NCBI GenBank assembly: GCA_964187785.1
Contig: OZ076409.1
Coordinates: forward strand, 55,926,001 to 55,990,000
From: Amphiscolops sp. MND2022
Taxonomy: Eukaryota
DNA: 64,000 bases
Direction of reading: 5' to 3'
Shown here: positions 38,001 through 47,000 of the stretch, one piece after another
How positions within the stretch are numbered: position 1 is the stretch's first letter
Layout of the letters: each line of letters opens with the position of its first letter
The notes under the pieces: generated by a model
What the model was told of the DNA's origin: nothing
Databases searched by the model: none
What the model saw: the letters and a program-made list of their open reading frames with translations, nothing else
Made by a program: the position numbers and the translations under genes

Positions 38001-41000
38001 TTGTCGTTCGATTTCTGATCGAGTTGAAAAAGTATCATCGATATCGAAGTCTGTGTTGATTCCTAATTTCTTATACCATGGTAGCTTTTCCTGTTGCAGA
38101 GTATCTAAGTGCGCTTGTTTTCCACTGAGAGCGACCGGTGCTATTGGGCTGAGATATCGATTGATCACGTCATCGCTCAATTCGTCATCTAAAGAAGGCG
38201 CTTCTCGTATCAATTGACAATCTATTTCCATTTTGGCTAATAAGGTTTCTCGTCGTATGTCGGCTTTGGCTCGGATTCGAGACAACTGAATGTGATGTTT
38301 GAGCGAATCTTGAGCTCGCTGGAAATGCGCTTCTTGCTCGTGTTTCGACATGGGTCGCAGCGAGAGGCGTTCTCTGAATTCTTGGATTGTCTGAAACAAA
38401 ATGTGATACAACATACACAAGCTCAAATTTAAAGTATACTGCATTAAAATTCCACTTCTATGGGAACAGCTTTTATGATAATCAAAATAAACTGCCTGAT
38501 CATCAAATTTTTCGAGATGAATATCTTATAAGGATGGACTATTTCAATTTTGAAAAAGCTTTGAATATTTCCCAATAACACGGTTTGGAGAATGTATTTA
38601 CATTTAATCGAGCGCTTAATCTTCAATTCGAACTTCCTGCAAATGTGGATTCATACTAACTTGTTGCAGCTCGGCCCTGCGTTCTTCACTCAACCCGTCA
38701 GCACTCCAGATTGTCTTCACGCCTCTCAACATTCTCCTCTGGTCAACTTTTGCCAAACATCTTCTAATCCATCTTTGAATGGTAATGGCACTTTTCACTT
38801 GTTTCATCAAAACACGTTGATGGAAAAAACTTTTCCTCAACTTAAAGCCCCGCCACAAAGCCTGGATGTTAAGAGCTGCCTGGTTTTCGGTTCTCTGTAA
38901 AAACTTGTCCACTTGTTTGGATGGTACTTGCTCTATGAGGTACAGATGTTTTTCTTTCACTTCCCTAGCTCCTCGGTGGCGAGCGATTGTTAGCTGTAAT
39001 TTCAAGTCATTTTCCTCCAGTTTCCGCCTTCTTGCAGCGTCTTCTTTCATCAGGTTTTCTTCTTCAACGTTTTCTTGACTCTTTTGCTCAGCTTTCAGTT
39101 TTGCCAGATGTCTGCGTGCATGGAAACTACGATAAACTCGTTGAATGACACGAGCAGCTCTGTGGAAGCGTTCCATTTCTTTCATATGTTTCGTTTGGGA
39201 ATCTAGAAAGTTCAGCAGCTTCTGCTGTTCCTGCCCAAATCCTTTGCCAGTCCATCTTGTGATGATGAATCTGATACCTAAACAACCAAATGTTTCTCAC
39301 TGATTACTAAATCAAACAATCGATAACACATTTAATCTTCAACGACACGTACTTTATATCAAACCTATTGCTTCGCTGAGGCACGTCAAATCAAAAAAAT
39401 ATTCTGCAAGTATACTATTCAATAAACTTGAATGGAAAAAATGAATATGGTGTTTAAAAACTGACGAGTGCTAACCTTTGTACCGTGTGAAAAACGCGTC
39501 TCCAGTTTTGGGGTAAATCTGAGTGAAAGCCACCAAAGTGCGGGTGACAGCGGCTGCTACAACAGTGGGGGAATCAAACTCCGATAACTTGTAGACCATT
39601 TCATCGAGCAGTGCATAAAATTTGTCTTCAGGTACTTTTGTAAATTCTTCCCTCCCACAAACTTGACCCAGTCTCATGATGACCTCTAGAACTGTTGTCA
39701 GAGTATCAGGCTCGTCAGTTAGGAGCATCTTCAACAGGTACGCATTTTCCAAAACACTTCGAGCCAGCTCGTGGTTCCGGTCCACTACCTGCGAGAACAA
39801 AATTTTCTATACAGGAGGTTGAAGTCAACTCGATTCGCCTTCTTCGAAAAAATCTTAGAGGCTCTTTTCTGTTCCCACCACCATTTTTTCGGGAAATTAG
39901 TGATTTTTTTTTAAAAGAAGACTTGAATACAAACCAGAGACGTTCAATTTTAGTCCATTTCCAGTGTGACAATTTGGAATTGAGATAAAAAAATTGTTCA
40001 CACTATTTTTCATGAAGTCATTCATTTTTGATCAGAAAATTAACAGTTCCTGTTTTGAGTCCCAAAAAAACGGTGAATACGATCAAAATTATAGTTAAAA
40101 TGTGTGAAAAATGTTTTATTCAAACAAAAAATTATTCCAATAGACGTTAACTTCCTGTTATGAATAAAGGTTTCACTTTTAATTAGGCTAGTCTGCTGTT
40201 TTTAATTTATTTCAAAACTTTTGGTGGGGGCAGTAAAGAGCTCTTATTGCTATTGAATATTTCATGTCCAATTTCTTCCAAAGTTCGTTCAAAAATATTT
40301 ATATTCGAATTTGCATTCCACTTTAATTTAGACTCAAATTAGGAAGCAGGTTTTCTGAAAAAAATATGAATCACTAAGATGATTTCTTAAAAACCTTTGT
40401 TAGTAAAATTTTCTGGATTAGTGACAGTTCAAAAATCGCAAAAATCGACCCAGAAAATTCAACTCACTTTTTCGATGACATCCACTATTGTTTTGAAACT
40501 AGCCAATAGGGGTTGCTTTTGAGGAGACACACTGATAGCCAACATTTCATATCTTGTTTGAATTCGTCTGCACAGAAGCACACAATTGTTCAACACCTTG
40601 GGTTCTAACTGCGTCCGAATAACATTGACAACATCAACTAATTTAGGCACGTATTTCTGGAAGTACTGCTGCAAAAATTTTGCCAGTTGCGCACCTACTG
40701 GCCAGCTGCCCTTCACTCTGGAATAATCGCAAGCCAAGCACATAATACAAGGCTCGATAAGTTCCGATTCCCAAATTTTCTGCATGACGAAATCAGCGTG
40801 AGGTCCTGATCGATGCGAAGTGAATAAAGATTCGAGGTCGATAAGAACAGAAGCAATTTCTGTGTCATCGGAACAGTCAGCAGCCTCTGAGGCTATGTCC
40901 ATGATTCTTTTGCCAATGTGATCCCGAATTTGGGATTCCACTGAAACTGGAGGAGACGAAGAGGCCATTGCTTCCTTCTTTCAACCAGTTTTCCGGTGAG

Positions 41001-44000
41001 TTGAATCACTATGAAGACTTTTTAATCATAGCAACAAGAATTGAATAAAGAGTGGAAAGAAAGTATTGCAATCTGAATGATTACAAGATAGACATTGTAG
41101 TGTGTAGAAAATAAAATGAATGTACAATACCACACAGACTGTGCCAGCAAAAAGGCTGCATGTTAAAGTACGATGCACGTGCTATTTTTTGGCACACCTC
41201 GTTCAAATTATCAGACTGTGGATTGAAAAGCAAATAAAGCAGTAGATACTTGAATACACAGTTTTCTCAAAAATCGAGACGAACGCCGTAGCTCATGGTT
41301 AGTACATAAAAGCAGGAAAACGGCTAGGGTTGCTTGACTCATACAAGGTGAACTTTTCATTTTTCTCCATACTTTTCAAACGTTGTGTAAAAAATGATTT
41401 TTTAAAATTGATAGCTATTTTTAGTCGGCGCTTCATGAAGTGAAACGCGACTATTATAGTGACTTTTTTTTTCTATCCACACGAACTGACCAAAATAGTT
41501 CTACAAAAGTTCTACAAAATATTATTGCACCAAAATGCACTATTTGGTCTAGCGAACTGAACCAAAATGGTTTTACCTGTTTTTCCGCGTAACATACCAA
41601 ACCGGGCGAGACCAAAGAGTCCCCCCTTTCAATTTTTTTCGGCACTGCGAGACATTTTTTTTCGGAATTTTTTTTTTCGAAATTTTTTCCCCAAAGGGTC
41701 CCCCCTGCATTTTTTTGATGTTTTGCGACAGAATGGATGTTGAAAAACCTCAAAGGGTCCCCCCTTTTAGTTTTTTTTCGGCATTGTGAGATTTTTTTTC
41801 CCGAAAATGAAAAAAAAATTTTTTTCTTCAATTTTTTCATGTTTTGCGACAGAATGGATGTTGAAAAACCTCAAAGGGTCCCCCCTTTCAGTTTTTCGGC
41901 ATTGTGAGACTTTAGCGCGCCAGGGGCTCGCGCTAGCGGGCCCCGGCGCGCCACTCGGTCCATTTTTTGAGTAATTTTTTCAAAAAAATTTTCGATTTTC
42001 GAGTACTGTAAAAGAATACTTGACACTTGGAAGTCTTTTTGCTATTTTTGAGCCTTGGATATGGCGCCGACTTGGGCCGGTCCCGGCTTGTTAACTGTTA
42101 CACTATATAGTTTATAAATTGCATTCGGCATTTGTGTTAAATGGAAGAGAAAACAAACCCTTACTAGGAACTGATACTAAGGCAGCTGGTTAAAAGTATG
42201 ACAAAATTTTGTACTCTACTATTTCGGAGCAGTCACGTACTTGCGAAACTTTAATTTGTTCGAGAAAAAATGTAATGAAAAAGTCTGATGAGTCAGCTGG
42301 ACTCACTATCGCGAAGTGTTATGACCACAACTAAACTCAAATTAGTTTGACTTAAAAGGCGATGGGCAGTACAAACAAGGAGTGGTTTTTCTGTCGGACA
42401 GTTCCGAAAATAACACTCAAATTCCTTTTAATGAAAGAAGTATGTGAAAGTACAAATGGGAGGCCATTCCGATCAATTCGCAACATGTAGAATTTTGAAT
42501 TTTGCCACTCGACACAAAATTGTCACTTCGACTGGATTGGGAAAAACACGACAAAAAATCACCGCGATAGTCGCGTTTCATTTCATTGAGCGTCGACTGA
42601 AAATATCAAAAACCAAACCAGAAAACTTCAATTTTAAATAATTTTGTTGGGAGTAATTGAGATTGTATGACTCATGATTTGACTTATATCGTAATGTTTC
42701 ATTCATTATATCTATCTGTTCTACTGTGTTTTACTGCAATAAACGGTAACCAAAACAACAGATTGAGACTTAACTAAATGGAATTCGAAAAAGACCCAAA
42801 AAAACTACTGGTGTTCAATGGACATCCAGAGAACTATTTGGTCAGGAAAACGAGGTTTTTATCCTATCTCGAGGAGAAAGGAGTTACAAAAGAGTTTGAC
42901 AGTTTGAAAGGACAAGCTCGACAGAAAAACAAAAACAGTCTCTCCAGAGAAATTACCATGCATCATGACAAAACATTGCAGATGATCATCGCATTGGATC
43001 CGACTGATGGTGAAGTGGTTTGGAATCATCTAGAGGTTACGTACGGAAAATTCAAAACAAGCCAAATTTTGGTTATCAACCACGAAAGAGTTTTTGGAAT
43101 TCAAAGTACAACCAGGTGAGATTTTACTTGTTTCTTTGAACAGACTAGATGTGATCATTTACAAACATCAATCTGCGAACGAAAATGTGTCTGAAAACAT
43201 CAAATTAGCTGTGATTTTGAAAGGTTTGCCACAAGAAATTGATTCTTTCAAAGCTGCCGTACAATTTCAAACAAAAGCTTATAAGGAATTGAAAAAAGAC
43301 AATTATTGAAAATTCGCTTACATCTGAAAAATTACAACCAGTCGATGTTAAAATGGAGCCGACAGAAATCGCTGCAAGAGCTAGTCTCAAACGCTTTTAT
43401 GAAAAAGTACCAGACTCAGCAAAAATTTGGTCAGCTCTCCACAAGTACTTTTGAAAAAATTTCATGTGAAAACTGTGGAGAAAAATCACAAAATAAGTGA
43501 ATGTTTTGCACCTGGTAGATGAAATTCAAACACAAGAGCGAAAATGAATCAGGATTTGCATTTGGACATGCTTTATCAGTGTCACAAAGTAAAGCTGGGG
43601 AAAACAGCGGAAACTATCATTGACAGTGGTTGTACGTCCCATATTTTGACTACCAAGAAGTACTTTACTGAATTCAATGAACCGGAAAAGGAGTTTTTCA
43701 TATCGAATGGAGATCTTTCGCGTCAAAAAGTAGGAACATATGGATCTGCTAAAATACCTTTAAAGGACAAAAACGGGCGATATTTCCAACTGCAACTGGA
43801 AGAAGCAATTTTTTTTACCCCTTTTCACTACAATCTGCTTTCAGTGAACTGCTTAACAAAAGCTGGGAACAAAGTTGTTTTTGATCAGAAAATAAACAGT
43901 ATTTCATGTGGAAACACATTTTTGGAATTGTTCAAGCATAACAACTTTGGTTTTCTGAACGAATCAGTTAAAACGCAGTCTGATGGAATTTGCCTTATTG

Positions 44001-47000
44001 GTTTACAGCAATAGCATCAACGTTTTGAACATTTGAATGAGGAATGACTACGGTCTATGGAAAACAAACAATTAGTTGAAGGATTGAACATTGGGGATAA
44101 TAATATGGATCACTCGGAGGCTTGTTCGATAAACAAGGCAACGAATGAAGATGTCAACCATATACCCCGAGCAATTTCTGAAAACAAACTAGATTTAGTT
44201 TAGAGCGACATTTGCGGTCGTTTTTCTAAATTATTTCTTGGGGCTGTGTACATAATTTCCTTCATCGAAGACTTCCTAAAGTAAGTTTGCCAAAGTGTAC
44301 TTCATGAAACAGAAAAGTGAAGCAGCGGAAAAACTGGAGTTTTTGGCTTTTTGTGGAAAAGAAACACCCAGAGAAATTAGGAGTGACAATGCTCTGGAAT
44401 ACAAACGCAAATCTTTTGCTGAACGTTGAAGGAAAAACAAATTTCATCACTGTTTTCGGCATCTTATAGCCCTCATCAAAATGGAGTAGCTGATCGCTAC
44501 TTGAGAACACACTCGAATATGTCTCGGACCATGCTGAATAGTTCAAAAATGGATGAACGTTTCTGGGTGAGAGCATTTAATACGGCAAATCACATTAAAC
44601 ACATTAAAAACATCCACGAAAACAATAAACAATGGAATGACTTCTTTTGAAATGTTTTTCGGAAAAAAACCCAAGTTTTTGGGTGTGAAGTATACTACAA
44701 AGTACCTTTGTACCAAAAAACTCAATCCGCGAGCTGAGACAGGAGTTTTCGGTAGGATACCAGAAGAACAGTGAATGCTACATCATTTTCAACTCGGAAT
44801 ATCAGTCATTCTTTTCCACCAGCAATGTGAAATTCAACGAGAAAGAGAATTTGTCGAATCACAGACGCTGAATAGTACTCATTGGCCTATAGGACCAACT
44901 GATTTAGTAGAAATAGTGCAAACTTCAAATGAAATGGAAAATACGAATACAACTCACAATGAGAAGAATATTCCAACATCGGACAATGCCTTTTCTGAGA
45001 AAAGCTTTGAATCTTCCACCGTAGAACAATCAAAAGGCAAGTTATAGACAATAAAATAACTTCCACCGGGAACGACAATCACTGCGTCAGGAGAAGTTCA
45101 CGACAAAGAAATGCACCTATCAGATAGGGTGATCTTATCAACTTACCAGAAAACTTCACTGAATAGTACCAGAGAATCTGATCCAACAGCCTATGAAGAA
45201 GCTATAGACTCAAAACACAATGGATCGATGCAACGAATAAAGAAATGGAATGGCTAAGTGACCAAATTTGGGAACTTGTAGGAAGACCAGTGAATTCGCC
45301 CATTATCCAAAGGAAATGGGTTTTTGCAACAGAAAAAGGACCAGATGGCGAAATCACACGCTTCAAAGCACGTTTTGTGGCAAAAGGCTACAGTCAAAAG
45401 TATGGAAAAAAGTATGAAGAAACATTTTTACCCACGATTTGATATGTTACGATAAGAACGCTTTCAGCTCTTTCTGCTAAGTTAGATTTGAAAGTGGCTG
45501 TTTGACGTGAAAACTGCTTATCTGAATTCGCCTTTGGATGACAGAGAAATTTACATTGAATTACCGTTGGGTAGCAAGTACTCGGGATACAAAGTTGATC
45601 CGTTACTGAAAAGTCTTTACGGACTGAAACAATCTGGAAGATGCTGGAATTCATTTCATGAATGGCTGGTAAACTGTGACCTGCAACAATCAATAATGGA
45701 TCCTTGCTTATATTTCAACGCTGAAATCAGATCAATCCAACAACACAGTAGTTTCCAAACTTTCCGAAACATATACTTTAGAAGCTCATGGAAAGATGCA
45801 GTAATGGAAATCTGCAGTAAAGGATGGAAATCAAAATAAACAAGGATTTATTTTGTGTTTATCATCAAAAGTACACACATTGCAAAATATTGCTTGGAAA
45901 CGACTAAAAGTGTGCAAACACCAATAGAATCATTGACTAAAGCTACTTCTAATGACGAGTTCTTTGACGAAAATCAATATAGAAAATTACTTGGCTAACT
46001 TCAATACCTGTCAAACGTATCAAGACCATATATCACCTTTGCAGTAAACTATCTTGCTCAATTTGCTTCGAAACCAAGTTCAACACATTTTACGGCTCTC
46101 AAAAGAATTCTGTGTTACTTTATGGAAACAAAAGATTTTGCGATACGTTACTCAAAGAATTGGAACGGTCTCGACATTCACTCATTTGCGGGCGCTGATT
46201 GGGCAAATGATCAAATAGATAGAAGTGTCTCTGGAACAATAGTCAAGTTGGATTACTCTGATTTTTGATTCTCCGGTTATATGGAAATCATCGAAACAAA
46301 AAACAGTGGAACTGACCACTTGCGAAGCCGAGTATATGGCCCTTGCCTTGTGTGTTCAGGAAACGTCAATGGTCGTAAATACTTTGGAAGCAATTGGACG
46401 AAATTCAATAGTCAATATTGATAGTGACAATTTGAGTTCTAAGCATCTTGTAGACAACCCTATTATCACCCAAAGATCGAAACACATTGACACAAAATAT
46501 CACTTCTTGCGTGAGTTCTTCAAAACCAACGAATCAAAATTGCATCATCTGGAAACTCAGAAAATGCAAGCTGATGATCTCACAAAACCCCTTGGCAAGT
46601 CGAGATTCATCGAATTCAGAACAATTTAGGGGGCGTGTTGGAGTGATTGAGATTGAATGACTCATGATTTGACTTATATCGTAATTTTTCATTCATTATA
46701 TCTATCTGTTGTACTCTGTGTTTTACCGCAATAAAAGGTAACCAAATCAACAAATTTCAAAGTGACTATTAAGGATCCAGATATGAACTTTATTACACCC
46801 TTTCTGGATAACATTTTTCTTGAAAATGTTTAAAAGTGGCAGTTATGCATTTACTGCTTAAGGACCATAATTTCTCGACAAAAATGCAAAACGCCAACAT
46901 CATAAAACGCCTTATTTTCTTTCAGAGAGACTTTGGTTGAGAGCCAGACTACAAAAAAACAAACAAAATCGAGACAAACTATTTTCTAACCGTAGGAAAT

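Larger units (their letters stand above)
42645..46752 (+). mobile_element. Full-length but decayed Ty1/Copia LTR retrotransposon
   Basis: Two LTRs TGTTG..CAACA; 5-bp TSD AATTT (42640-42644 and 46753-46757); PPT TAGGGGGCG. Domain order gag, PR (IIDSGCTSH), IN (PHQNGVADR), RT (RFKARFVAKG, LYGLKQSG), RH (CEAEY, RSKHID, ADDLTKPL). Confidence 0.96.

Noticed and set aside
41454..41974. K/F-rich ORFs within family-1 repeats (also 12138-12545 and 30627-31063)
   Set aside because: Spurious frames in non-coding repeats with homopolymer runs; not conserved between copies.
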